In this document: in pieces, positions 11,779 to 24,222 of the stretch | Layout of the letters: every line of letters starts with the position of its first letter | How positions within the stretch are numbered: position 1 is the first letter of the stretch | Source of the DNA: Macrostomum hystrix | Taxonomy: Eukaryota; Animalia; Platyhelminthes | Assembly: GCA_950097015.1 (NCBI GenBank) | Contig: CATNEN010000001.1 | Location: 19,096,001 to 19,160,000 of the forward strand | Length of the DNA: 64,000 nucleotides | Direction: 5' to 3' | Translations under genes and position numbers: made by a program | The notes under the pieces: model-generated | What the model saw: only the letters and a program-made list of their open reading frames with translations | Told to the model about the DNA's origin: nothing | The model's database searches: none

Positions 11779-14107
11779 TGAAATAGTGCGGGCCTTTTGC
11801 TAGCCGATGACCGCCCTCATGAAAGATAGGAGTGTGGAAAACGACGATAGAGTCGGAGGTCGATCGCTGCTGCCGCGAGTTGTCGCAGAGAGGGATGACG
11901 AAGGGAGGGATGAAGGGAGAGATGAAGGGAGAGATGAGGCGGTACAAAGGATGCAAGTGAGTGGTCCTATTGGCCTCAGGCTGGCCAGTCCCACCCAACC
12001 CATAGGCCACAGGCATGACTGCCGTGCCCACCCCAAGCAGTGCTCGAAACCGGCTAAAAGTCTAAATAGATGTCGGACTACCCGCAAGCGAATAGGACAG
12101 GGCTAGATAGCCTACTGTCATCAGTAGCATGTTCGTAACTGACTCCTGACTTTGGTAGCAGTGGTCGACTCGGCCTAGGCTCTTGTCTTAGAAATGCGGA
12201 AAGGCTATCGGCAAAGCGGATAATGATCGAAGGTAGCGCCACCACCCAATGCGCCTACGTTGCCACCGCAGACATTTGGGAACTTGGGTCCCCGGAGCTC
12301 GCAGCTCCCAGTTTGTCACACAGATCTTAGACAAGCCGAAAAATAGAGCATTCTGTAACTTCCATTTTAGACTAGGGTGAGAACCCCAGAATGGATCGAG
12401 TCACGCCTCACAAGGGGATTCCTGAAACTGCGCTACAGTGGTCTAGAAAGGTGGTACTCCGAACCCGAATGAGAAATCCATAGCCAGAATCCTACTCATG
12501 AGACATTAGACACATTCCGTACATTAGACTGCAGCCTACTCATTAGATAACTAGCAAGCCGAATCTGTGTGAGATGAGGAAATCAGAGGCAGGAGAGATT
12601 GAGCAGAACACTGGCTGAGTGATTATGCAAGCGGTGATTATTAGATCACACCCCTCGCTCCCATGGCGGCGGCAGCGAGAGGCGGGGAACAGAAGGGAAA
12701 CATTAATTGACAAGGGAGGTTGACACGCACTCCTTGATCTGCCAGAAAGAGAGGAAAAACCCGCCAAGGAATTCCCCCACCCCTAGCAGAGAAACACATG
12801 CTACGCTCCGCATATTACTCGCAAATCCCTAGCTCCTTATTACTCTCATGCGCGCTCACAGTTATCCTCCTGCCGCAGCTTTCGGCTAGGCATCACCAGA
12901 GCCCATCCCCCTAATAAGTTAGCCACTCATGATCGAGGGCTGTCTAACGATAAAATAAGAGAAAGTGAAATGCATAGTAGAAAGGATTTAAGTTGTTATT
13001 AAGTTGCCCAATAAGTTAGGTAAGCTGTGATTTAATAGTTTATTAGGCTAGATCAAATCCCTGCCCTTGCCCTTATTACCCACTAGCTAAATAGTAAATC
13101 CCTTAGGGATAGCAATAAAAGTCCGCTGCGCGGGTTACTTATCTGACTACGCTGGTTGACAGGCTGCAGGCCGTCGATCTCGCGGGGGAATACAAATGAA
13201 CAGGAGAAAAGGTGAGGGATTGCTGAGTACAGTTGGCAAGGGGCCAGACTGCAGGGAGCTCAAGGCTCAATTTGGAGCGCACCTAAGGAGGTGGCTTGCG
13301 CTTAAGGGCACTAGCAGGTAGTTGCCTGCTGCTATGATCTGGAGCCTTAGGCTCAGGGGCTAAGTCCTATCTAGTAAGGGGGAGAGTCCACGGACCGTGT
13401 TCCGGGACCAGACAGGAAGGGGGGTAGGTTTTAGTCCAGGGGGGGGTCCTGGGAAGGTACGGAGCAAGGTTCCCCTAGGGGCAGCGCAGCGCGCTCTCTT
13501 AAACAGTCCTGCAGCTCCGCCAACCTCGCATTCATCAAAATAACCCACATGCTCGCCAGCCTGTCAGCGAGGAATCGGGTCGGCATTATGCCACCCCAAT
13601 TGCCCACTGAAGCGGCGGCGAGAATCGCCAGATGCCCCACTAGGAGCGTCTGCCGGCAGTCGGCCAATGATTGTGATCCCGCCGGGATATGGGAAGCGCA
13701 GGCGCCGACCTGCCTATAGTGTCGTTACATGTATCTAAAGGGGGAAAGGTCATAATCGAGCTTCGGCTCGGGTTACAGTAAAGAAAGGGGACATGAAGAA
13801 TTAAAGCTCACTCTAAACGCATGAGTGATCCCGACAATCTGATCGCGGTTTGGAGGGGAACGATGACCTAAACTAGTCCATACAGTATTTCTATGGCCGC
13901 GATCAGTCACTCCTACAGGGGACTAGACAGATCCGAGACAAAGGGAATCGGCGGCTACTTAATTCACCTCCGCCCCAAGTCTGGCCCTAAGATTAATGAT
14001 GGTGTTCTGCGGCCAGCTGCTATGTGGGTCGCGATTATTAACTTGCTAAAAATGGAAAAATTTGGCTGGCTCACACCCCACTCGATTCCGAAGTACACTC
14101 CACATCA
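11779..14107 (-). repeat. 5' LTR (~2.3 kb)
   Basis: TG..CA termini (TGAAATAG on + at 11779; CACATCA at 14101-14107); homology to 19298-21120 begins exactly at TGAAATAG. Confidence 0.8.
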
Positions 14108-14667
14108 AGTGTTCGTTAAACTCTGACTTACCTCATTATTGGCTTCGTAGCACACCTCATTTTGCTCATAGATGAGTATATATATGTTCATGACGAATGG
14201 TTCCCTTTAATTTCCGTTTTTCTGAGGGATGTCATATCCGTGTGATATTCACGAAATCGTGCTGTGCATCCACAAGCTACATGTATATATCTTACTGATA
14301 ATTTGTAAACGGCTTCTTTAGTAAGTTGTAATAACTCAAAGGCAGAAGTAAGGCCAGAATTGAAACACACAGTAAAGAACCAGTCTGATATCGCGGCTCC
14401 TTATATATGCGTTCATGCAGTCTAATTTCCAGACCCTGCAGGGCTGGGGATTTTGGGGATCCCAGACAGACGGCTCAACCCAGTCGCACGCAAACCAAGC
14501 ATGAGACACAAACAACAGCAGACAGTGGTGACAAGTGCATGCAAACGGCAATAGGTGCCCACTAGCTCCAGTATAAGTTTATAACTCTGGCTACAATAGT
14601 AATAATTAAGTAGTCTTTGTGCTGCGAAACAACAACAACAACAACAACAATATACGCCAGGTCTCTC
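14108..14667. repeat. 560-bp direct repeat, copy 2
   Basis: Matches 5896-6455; begins immediately outside the LTR end. Confidence 0.95.
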
Positions 14668-14730
14668 CATGGAAACTGGAGAAACTGGGGAAACTGGGAA
14701 ACTGGCTGCGAAACGCATGCAGTTAAGGCC

Positions 14731-15415
14731 AAGCGTGGCACCAATTGTTGGTTTCTTGAATTTTCCTAAACGGCAATAGGTGCCCACAAGCTCCAGTTCA
14801 AGTTTATAAATCTGGCTACAATAGTAATTAAGTATAGTCTTTGTAGTGCGAACATCATGTAGTTGAGGTCAAGCGTGGCACCAATTGTTGGTTTCTTGAA
14901 TTTTCCTAAACGGCAATAGGTGCCCACAAGCTCCAGTTCAAGTTTATAAATCTGGCTACAATAGTAATTAAGTATAGTCTTTGTAGTGCGAAAATCATGT
15001 AGTTGAGGTCAAGCGTGGCACCAATTGTTGGTTTCTTGAATTTTCCTAAACAGCAATAGGTGCCCACAAGCTCCAGTTCAAGTTTATAAATCTGGCTACA
15101 ATAGTAATTAAGTATAGTCTTTGTAGTGCGAAAATCATGTAGTTGAGGTCAAGCGTGGCACCAATTGTTGGTTTCTTGAATTTTCCTAAACGGCAATAGG
15201 TGCCCACAAGCTCCAGTTCAAGTTTATAAATCTGGCTACAATAGTAATTAAGTATAGTCTTTGTAGTGCGAAAATCATGTAGTTGAGGTCAAGCTTGAGG
15301 CCAAGCGTGGCACCAATTGTTGGTTTCTTGAATTTTCCTAAATGGCAATAGGTGCCCACAAGCTCCAGTTCAAGTTTTTAAATCTGGCTACAATAGTAAT
15401 AATTAAGTATAGTCT
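14731..15415. repeat. 140-bp tandem repeat, ~4.8 copies
   Basis: AAGCGTGGCACCAATTGTTGG units at 14731, 14871, 15011, 15151, 15303; unit related to the 3' part of the 560-bp repeat. Confidence 0.95.
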
Positions 15416-16034
15416 GTGTGATGCGACGCCGCAGGCTTACTTATTGACCCCGGATTTCGACAGGGATCGCTTCTACGTCTATCCCAGAATACGGGGAATC
15501 AAATCCCATCGAAATTCATCAAAGTTAAGGGGCATCCTGAAATCACTTTTGTCAATGGTACCCCCGTCAAAATGACAAGCCTTGACAGGCAGGGCGGTAT
15601 CGACTTTGAGTGGACCCCATTTGAAAACCGCTTCATCTAGAGAGATGAGACTGACGTTGTCTGGTTGGTCAGTAGATTTAGCGTCAGATGTTGTTAATTC
15701 CGTCGATAGATTTGCTGCCGTTGTATTGTACTAAGAGCCATAATTGTACTATCTGACGATTGTGGTTTCAAGATTTCAAATGATTTCTACTTGAACTTAT
15801 TAACCTGGAAAGTCACCTAGAAAATTTGACGAAATACATGCGAAAACATTTCAAGTACCTAGCCGATTGCTAGCTACTGCTTCCATACTATTAGGTACTA
15901 TGTTTTCTAAACTATTTTTGGACGGGAAATTCATTCTAGGCGGTCCGAGCTCAATATCTTTTGAAGAAAAAAGTTATGACCATTTTCTTACTTTTTACTA
16001 ATTTTATCGACTCTGACTATGTCAGTAGTATACT

Positions 16035-16345
16035 TTCTCCTCTCTGTGGCTCACTCTCTCCTCTCTGTGCCCTCACTCTCTCCTCTCTGTGCCCTCACTT
16101 TCTCCACTCGGTGCCCTCACTCTCTCCTCTCTGTGCCCTCACTTTCTCCTCTGTGCCCTCACTCTCTCCTCTCTGTGCCCTCACTTTCTCCACTCGGTGC
16201 CCTCACTCTCTCCTCTCTGTGCCCTCACTTTCTCCTCTGTGCCCTCACTCTCTCCTCTCTGTGCCCTCACTCTCTCCTCTGTCACCTCACTCTCTCCTCT
16301 GTCACCTCACCCTCTTCTCTGTCACCTCACCCTCTTCTCTGTCAC
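16035..16345. repeat. CT-rich ~20-22-bp minisatellite
   Basis: Repeated CTCTCTCCTCTCTGTGCCCTCA variants. Confidence 0.9.
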
Positions 16346-16727
16346 CGCACCCTGTGATTCCAAGAAAGAAGTAATAATAATAACATAATAGTAATTTTAG
16401 TCAGTATACCTTGCAGCAGGTCACCTATGCCGTGCCTGTGCGGCACAATTTTTGCCAATGAGATGCGCTGATATGTTTTGATAAATTAGCTTATGTATTT
16501 TCCCTGAAGTTTGACACGGAAAAGAATTGGTGAAAAGTCCTAGTTAGACAGAAACATTAATTGAACAAAGTACAGACCCTCACGTAAAAACACATACAGT
16601 GCATGCACAGTGAGCATAAAGAAAGCAGGAATTAGAGTTTGAGATTTTATCATTGTCAAACGCGTTTAGAACTTCAGAACTCTCTCCTCTCACTCCGCTG
16701 CTCGTTTGCAAGGGAGCACGACCATTG

Positions 16728-16997
16728 AAGAAATTGCATGACTACCAGGGAAAACTGAATAATTTAGTCATCGGAACATATTCTGAACAGTTTGACTCTA
16801 GCTCTCCTCTGACCATCCAAGAAATTACATGACTACCAGGGAAAACTGAATAATTTAGTCATCGGAACATATTCTGAACAGTTTGACTCTAGCTCTCCTC
16901 TGACCATCCAAGAAATTGCATGACTACCAGGGAAAACTGAATAATTTAGTCATCGGAACATATTCTGAACAGTTTGACTCTAGCTCTCCTCTGACCA
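16728..16997. repeat. 91-bp tandem repeat, ~3 copies
   Basis: AAGAAATTRCATGACTACCAGGG units at 16728, 16819, 16910. Confidence 0.95.
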
Positions 16998-17417
16998 TTG
17001 TTGCCACACCTGGGCTAAATTACTCTAGCTAAGTGTAATGACTATAGGTAAGTCAAATACATGCACAAGTAGGATTGCAGGCAAGCAGACACGAAAGGTG
17101 TACACACGCATATGAGCATTGACACTTGTATGCATATGAACGCATATGAAGCAATTATGAAGTCAGATTGGCCGAGTTCGCATAACAACAAAACGCCTTG
17201 GACGACTGGAGGGAATTGAAAAATGACATTAGACAAGGCTAAAGGCGTAGAAGTGCGTAGCCACGTACCTTTAATTGTGCAAATATTTATAAAAGCTAAA
17301 ATAGCGTTAGCAAGATGCTTCTTCAAAGATTGGTCACAATGGTTGAAAGACCAGAAACACCACCTAAAAAATTGTATGGATCGTCATTTCCATTGTGTTG
17401 AATGCTCGCGCACGTCA

Positions 17418-17954
17418 TCATGTTGACATCGCGCACGTCATCATGTTGACATCAGAATTGTAGCTTAAAGCTGCAGCGGAGCGTTGATTACAACTGTAGT
17501 CTTGGGCCCCAGGCACCTGTGGATTTAAATCAACTGAATGAGCACTCGTAGGTTGACCAGCTGCTGGAAGAGCCGGCGATATTTCGTTGGCAGGAGTTTT
17601 ACCACCAACAGCGATGTTACGTAGCTTGTCAATGAAACTTAATGCAGCAAGGTTAGCAGCTTTGAAGTCCTCAGTCGTGATGATGATTCTATCGCCTCCT
17701 CTTCTCCCGCGATTGTGAATGAGCATGTGCATATCGAATCCCGAAGTGATAGTAGAGCAATATGGACAGAGATAAAAAATAGGAGACAACTCCAGCTTAT
17801 GTTGTAGGCGACAGTAGCGAAAGTTGGCGTCGATTCGCCTTTCAGATAGGTCCGGATGAGCTCCGCGGCAATGCTGTTTAAAACCTGATGCCCTGCTACT
17901 CCAGTGGCACTGAAGACACATAATCGCGGCGTGAATGTTGGGAGGTGTCATCAA
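17418..17954 (-). pseudogene. Double C2H2-like zinc-finger ORF, frame broken by a 23-bp duplication
   Basis: CLQC..HCRGAH and CPYC..HMLIH; paralogous to ORF 47490-48227; TCGCGCACGTCATCATGTTGACA duplicated at about 17406-17451. Confidence 0.55.
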
Positions 17955-18054
17955 CTTTCAATGGAAGTGATGCTGGCCTGAAATTTATTCGAGATTGAAG
18001 TTTGAAAGGTTGACAATTAAAGCTAGACCCTAAATGAAGGCGTGAACGCTACTA

Positions 18055-18382
18055 TCTAATATACTAAAAATGAAAATCTTGCTTGCTTGCTTGTAATTGA
18101 TTTTCTCCCGAACGGCTCAACCGATTTTCACAATTTCTTCACCAAAAGATGCCAAATATGGGGACACATATACACGTATTTTTATTAAGCTTAATTCCAT
18201 TGCCAAGGGGATTAAATATTCGAAAAACAGTTTTAAATAGGCTTTTCTAATGCATTCTTGTTTTCAGCTTGTGCACAGTGAGGCTCCAGTGCCAATTTTA
18301 ATGATTGCATCAGAGCCAGTTTTGATAACGAACTGATAAGAACTCACAGGGAGGCTACCCAGAGGGTAGCGAAGGCAGCTAG
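18055..18382 (+). mobile_element. Non-autonomous Helitron
   Basis: A|TCTAATATACTAAAA 5' end, GCTACCC-AGA-GGGTAGC hairpin, then CTAG|T 3' end; no TSD. Confidence 0.8.
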
Positions 18383-18385
18383 TCT

Positions 18386-18775
18386 TCTTATATACTAAAA
18401 ATGAAAATCTTGCTTGCTTGCTTGTAATTGATTTTCTCCCGAACGGCTCAACCGATTTTCACCATTTCTTCACCTCTAATATACTAAAAATGAAATGGTT
18501 GGTTGGTTGCTTGTAATTGATTTTCTCCCGAACGGCTCAACCGATTTTCACCATTTCTTCACCAAAAGATGCTAAATATGGGCAGAATTTTACACGTATT
18601 TTTAATAAGCTTAACTTCATTGTTAAGGGGATTAAATATTCGAAAAACTGTTTTAGATAGGATTTTTAATGCATTTCATCAGAGCCAGTTTTGTCAACGT
18701 GCATTCCACTGCCAATTTTAATGATTGCATCAGGGCCAGTTTTGTTAATAGTGAGTACACTGATAAGAATTTCAC
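18386..18775 (+). mobile_element. Two further partial copies of the same Helitron in tandem
   Basis: Repeated ATATACTAAAAATGAAA..CTCCCGAACGGCTCAACCGATTTTCAC at ~18390 and ~18475. Confidence 0.7.
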
Positions 18776-18999
18776 CGTGTCAAATGTACATAGCTATGTC
18801 AACCCCACTGACGAGACAGTCAGTACGAATTTATAAATAGATTACATCACAGCTTTTCTCACCCGTGTGTGTGTGTGTGTTTGATTTGAATAGGTAAAAT
18901 GTGCATAGCAGACTTCAATTCAACGATATATTGAGACATCTACTCCTTTCTTACTACAACATATAAATCATCAAATCTTAACAAAATTTCAATCGAGAA

Positions 19000-19297
19000 A
19001 AGTGTCCAACAGTTTTTTAAATGTCCAACAGTTTTTTAAATGTCCTACAGTTTTCTACATGTGTTTACCAGTATTCTAAATGTGTTTACCAGTATTCTAA
19101 ATGTGTTTACCAGTATTCTAAATGTGTTTACCAGTATTCTAAATGTGTTTACCAGTATTCTAAATGTGTTTACCAGTATTCTAAATGTGTTTACCAGTAT
19201 TCTAAATGTGTATAATTCTAAACGTGTTTAACAGTTTTCTAAAAGTGTTTAACAGTGTTCTAAATGTGTTTAATTAACCGCTTTCTAAATGTGTTTA
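19000..19297. repeat. 21-bp minisatellite
   Basis: Seven perfect ATGTGTTTACCAGTATTCTAA units from 19059 plus degenerate flanks. Confidence 0.95.
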
Positions 19298-21120
19298 TGA
19301 AATAGTTGCGGGTTTGCAAACCGATGATCTGTCCTCGTGAAGAAAAGGAGTGTGGGGATGGCGATAGAGTCAGAAGTCGTACCGCAAGGTCTCGCGAGTT
19401 GCCGCGGAAAGAGGGACGAAGGGAGAGATGAAGGGAGAGACAGTGGATGCAGGGAGTGGTCCTCTCGGCCTCAGGCTGGCCAGTCCCACTCAACCCATAG
19501 GCCACAGGCATGACTGCCGTGCCTACCCCAAGCAGTGCTCGAAACCGGCTAAAAGTCTAAATAGATGTCGGACTACCCGCAAGCGGATAGGACAGGGCTA
19601 GGTAGCCTACTGTCGTCAGTAGCATGTTCGTAACTGACTCCCAACCTTGGTAGCAGTGGTCGACTCGGCCTAGGCTCTTGTCTTAGAAATGCGGAAAGGC
19701 TATCGGCAAAGCGGAAAATGATCTAGGGTAGCGCCACCACCCAATGCGCCTACGTTGCCACCGCAGACATTTGGGAACTTGGGTCCCCGGAGCTCGCGGC
19801 TCCTAGTTTGTCACACAGATCTTAGACAAGCCGAAAAAATAGAGCCTTCTGTAACTTCCGTTTTAGACTAGGGTGAAGACCCCAGAATGAATCGAGACAC
19901 GCCTCACCAGGGGATTCCTGAATTTGCGCTACAGTGGTCTAGAAAGGTGGTACTCAGAACCCGAAAGAGAAATCCATAGCCAGATTCCTACTCATGGGAC
20001 ATCAGACACATTCTGTACATTAGGCTGCAGCCTACACATTAGATAACTAGCAATCCGAGTCTGTGCGAGCTGAGGAAAACAGAGGCAGGAGAGGTTAAGC
20101 TGAACACTGGCTGAGTGATTATGCAAGCGTGAGATTAATCGAACATCACTCTCGTTCCCGTGGCCGCAGGTGCGAAAGGGGGACAGCGGGAAAACTCCAT
20201 TGGAAAGGGAGTTCGACACGTACCTTGAACCCACCCAAGAGGGAGAAGGAAAACCGGCCAAGGATTCCCCCAACCCCCTGGAAAGGAAATGCACATGCTA
20301 CCCTCCGCATTTACTTACAAATCCCTAGCTCCATATTACTCTCATGCGCGCTTACAATTGCCTTCCCGCCGCAGCTTTCAGCTCGGCCGTGCCAGAGCCC
20401 ATTCCCCTAATAGATTAGCCACTCATGGTAGAGGGCTGTCTAAGGTTAAAATAAATAGAAAGTAATGGCATGGCGGAAGGATTTAAATTGTTATTAAATT
20501 GGACTAATGTTTGAATAATTGGCTAGTAATTACTGCTTTTATTAGGCTAGATAAATCCCTCGCCCAAGCCCGTAGCTTCCGCCTAGACTAAAGAAAGGGG
20601 TCCCTTAGGACTAACAATGGTAAAACCGCTGCGCGGGTTACTTAACTGATGTCGCTTCGGCCGCGTGCTGCAATCCCGTTGTTCTCGGGGAAGAGGATGG
20701 GGTAAGATAGCAAAAGCCGGGAAGGGAAAGATGCTGCGAGTCGGCAGGGGGCCAACACGCTTGGAGCTCAAGGCTCAATTTAACAGCTCACCTAAAGAGG
20801 TGGCTCGCGCTCAGGGGGAATGGGGACAGGCAATGGGCCTGCGCTAACTGTGGAGCTATGAGCTCTAGGGTCTATGCCCTAAGTGGGTCCGGAAAGGTGC
20901 TCTGGGTCTGGTGGGAGTCCGGCCCGGCAAAAGTAAGTCCGGCAGGGGAGAAGGGGAAGAGCCGGTGGGAGAAAAAAAAGGTCCTAGAGGGAGCAGCGCA
21001 GCGCGCTTGCTTAAATAGGCCTTGCAGCACGCCAACCCCGACATCCATCAAAGCAACCCACATTCGCGCCCGCCTGTCAACGGGGAATCGAAGCGACGAC
21101 AGGCCGCCCCAATTGCCCAA
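19298..21120 (-). mobile_element. Diverged, truncated LTR of the same family as 11779-14107
   Basis: Colinear homology from TGAAATAG to CCCCAATTGCCCA; stops at the inverted-repeat arm, ~500 bp short of the LTR end. Confidence 0.85.
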
Positions 21121-21121
21121 T

Positions 21122-23011
21122 CAAAATGTTATTATGGCTACCTTGCACTATAATCAATTATATTTTTTATTTAAAAAATAACATGTAATAATTGCACTTA
21201 AAAAGCAGTTATGGGGCAGTAGGAACTGTCGATTAAGCAGGTAAAACCATCAAGCAGTAGCCAGAGACTGGTGCAACAGAGGCACTGATAACTCAAGTCA
21301 TTCTGACTACTGCCTGACTCGCTTCACTGCGATAGTTGCATGCATTGGGTATAAGCAATGGAACATTCATGCAGCCACCATTACACACAAAGTCACTTTC
21401 ACCAGCTCTGCATAATAGCTGCTTCAGAGCTCGCCAGCTGCAAATCCCATTTATCAGAGTTTGGAACCTCCAGCAGTACATAAAGCAGCTGATATGTACA
21501 GTTCACAGACTCTCTGTCAGCCCATAATCTGATTTGCAGCGACCTACCCTTAAATAGTAGGATTTACTCAGTGAATCATCCGGGCAAAAATACTTCACTG
21601 AGACTCCATGTGACTTTAATAATACAATTGAATTTTAAGTCTGTCCCAATTTACTCACTCATTTGAATTCTTATCAGCATCATGAGTCTGGAAGCTTGGT
21701 TCTGGCGTGCTGGTCTGCGGTTGTACATGTGCCTGCTCCTGGTTGCTCTGCGTGTAAACTATCTCCAAGCCCTCAAAGCGAAGCCGGAGCTGCTGCACAC
21801 TGCTGTACGCTTCGTAGAAATTCCGGGGATAGTCCATGACGATTTCCGACCTCGACTGCTGCGGTGTCGGCCGGTGCCGCTCAGAATTTGCCTGCTGTGA
21901 TGCCATCACGGGACAGAAATCCTCCTGGGTTGAGTCCGACGAATCAACCAGGCTCCGCAGTTCTGGCCATGATGTGGCATCACATTTCTTGGCTTCCTTG
22001 CAACTCAGGTTGACAAGTCCAGAAAACTGCTGGGCCGTTGCTCTCTGCACTTCTAGAACGTCGCCAACCGACAGCAAAATCGGAACCGGCCCGAACCGGC
22101 CAGCGGGGGAGACTGGTGGGAGGAGAATCGACCGAAGGCAGACATCGGACCCCGTGACCACGGGAGGAGGCGGAGCCGGCCTGGACTCTATCTGGAGATG
22201 AGTTTTTAGGCCTTTGCCCCACCGTCCTTAGGACCGGGTTTGGTGTGCCTGCCAACCGAGTAATCCAATTCTTTGCGCTGTACTAAACTCGGGGCTGCGA
22301 CCCCACTCTTCACAAATTCTCTTGCGCTCTGTTGCTAAGGCTTTTCCATCCCCTCGGAAAAGAGGGGTTTGAGCACATTATATAAGATGGAGCGGGGCGC
22401 GGGAGCTGCCCGGCACCCGCGGATTTTGAGAGCTAAGACTCGAGCTCCGTTTTTATTGCACTTTAATCCATAAGACATTGCTTTCCGCGTTAGTTCCTGA
22501 CTTAAACTCTGATCGCAGTAGTTTCCGATCTAGAATAGTTATAGATCATTAGCCTTACTTAAAAGAGTCGATAGTCATACTTAGTTATTGCGTTCTTGTC
22601 ATCGACACTGCGAATACACTGCTAGACTACTTACTACAGAAGACTACAGCTTGGACTTACGATCGAAAGAAGAAGAGTGAGACATCAAACCGAGAAGCAA
22701 CACACACTAAACTTAATGCGCTATAGTCTGTCTGTCTATCACTCTGTCTGTCTGTCTGGGTTATATACTTTTGTCAATAGCTGACAATAATTAACTTGAA
22801 GTACATAAATGACTTCTTTGTTCTTTGTTTCTTGAATTGCTAGCAAAGTGTGTTTATTAGCTTCCAGTACTTTTCACAAGTGGTCAACAGTAGAGTTTTA
22901 ATGCTTTCTCCTATTGAATTTCTCTATTCAAATTTCACCTTGAAAACAAGGCACAATAATTCTCATTGAGCTGTCTCAAGAGGTCTCTTAAAACCGAATT
23001 AAATCTAGACA
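21122..23011 (-). repeat. Left arm of 1890-bp inverted repeat
   Basis: Reverse complement of 24223-26112 (paired coordinates sum to 47234; mirrored ORFs in the track are identical). Confidence 0.95.
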
Positions 23012-23629
23012 TCTAGAATCATTAAATCTTGTCAAGCATTTTGCATATGGAAGAGGAATAAAATCGTTCTATTCAGTAAGTGATTACTTAATACTTACTT
23101 GCAGAACATTACATGTATAAAGTGGAAAGGCAAAAACGGGAATATTACCGTGCTTAATGTTATTATTTTATTTTTTAAATAAAAATATAATTGAATATAG
23201 CGCAAGGTAGCTATAATAACATTTTATACAGTCTCAGCAAGGGCCTGAGATAAAAGTACATTGATTAAATGACACCCACAAACTGAGTTAAGCGTACAAT
23301 GAGACTATAGACCATTCAAATAGTGACTATTCACTTCACGACTGGCTGTTTCTCCGTGGGTGTGGCGTGTCGCGATTTCGGCGGGGGGCTGAGGGCCAGT
23401 TTTAGCCGCCAGCCAATCAGAAACGAGGGCGTTTAGTTGTAAGCGGCTGAGCTGGTTTGGAATGGTAGAATATGCAATACGGCATATATCTGGAGAATTC
23501 CAGAAACCAGTAAGCCCCTTAAAACCCGTGAGTCTAGCGCAGACATGCTGAACTGGTATTTAATGTTGAAAGTTTCATACCCAAGACTAGAGAGACAGAC
23601 GATCAACAGCAACAACAGAAATATCAACA

Positions 23630-24031
23630 ATGCATATTAATAATTACTTCAACAGCGGCGGGCGAGGCGGTCGACGTCGCACCGGACCCCGGGGCGGTCC
23701 AGCCGCTGGATGTTATTTCTGCGGTGGGCCGCACCGGGTCATCCGGTGCGACCGGATGAGGGCTGTCGCCCTGGTCTGGCAGCAGGAGCAGCAGCAGCAG
23801 CCGCCACCGCAGCAGCAGCACCCGCCACCGCAGCAGCAGCAGCAGCAGCAGCCGCCACCGCAGCGGCAGCAGCAGCAGCCGGCACCGCAGCAGCAGCAGC
23901 CGCCACCGCAGCGGCAGGCGCAGAGTAACAGAAGTAACAGCATATCAGAAGCGGTTGCCCGGATGGGCCTAACGGCCGATAGAGTTCCGCCGCCTCCACC
24001 GCCGCCGCCGGCTGCCGGAAAGAAGAAATGA
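23630..24031 (+). CDS. 133-aa protein with RGG-rich N-terminus, CCHC-like zinc knuckle and polyQ/P tract
   Basis: GGRGGRRR then CYFCGGPHRVIRC (CX2CX3HX4C); GC box and CCAAT ~220 bp upstream; lies in the inverted-repeat spacer. Confidence 0.55.
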   Translation: MHINNYFNSGGRGGRRRTGPRGGPAAGCYFCGGPHRVIRCDRMRAVALVWQQEQQQQPPPQQQHPPPQQQQQQQPPPQRQQQQPAPQQQQPPPQRQAQSNRSNSISEAVARMGLTADRVPPPPPPPPAAGKKK

Positions 24032-24222
24032 AATATAAAAATACAAATATACAATTAGAATGTAAAATAATACATTTATTTGTTGAGTGATTGGAAACAA
24101 GGAACTATTGTCGTTTCTTATTTTTGCCGCTTCGTTCATATCGACATTACGTATAATTTGCCGCTTTGTTTAAAGATTCGTTCATGTCGACATTACGTAT
24201 AAGTAGTACTTGCCCTCCTCCG

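Larger units (their letters stand above)
6456..14107 (-). mobile_element. Gypsy-like non-autonomous LTR retroelement (5' LTR, PBS, gag, protease, extra ORF); RT/RH/IN and 3' LTR absent
   Basis: LTR TGATGTG..TATTTCA on the minus strand, tRNA-Leu PBS, gag-like ORF, LIDTGS aspartic protease in the -1 frame; left boundary inferred from the end of the 560-bp repeat. Confidence 0.8.

Noticed and set aside
5896-14667. 560-bp direct repeats as the LTRs of the gag-protease element
   Set aside because: No TG..CA ends or adjacent PBS; the real LTR is 11779-14107, defined by the PBS and the second LTR copy
15961-16388. Overlapping Leu/Ser/Cys ORFs (also 19021-19231 and 47450-47824)
   Set aside because: Translations of minisatellites lacking stop codons
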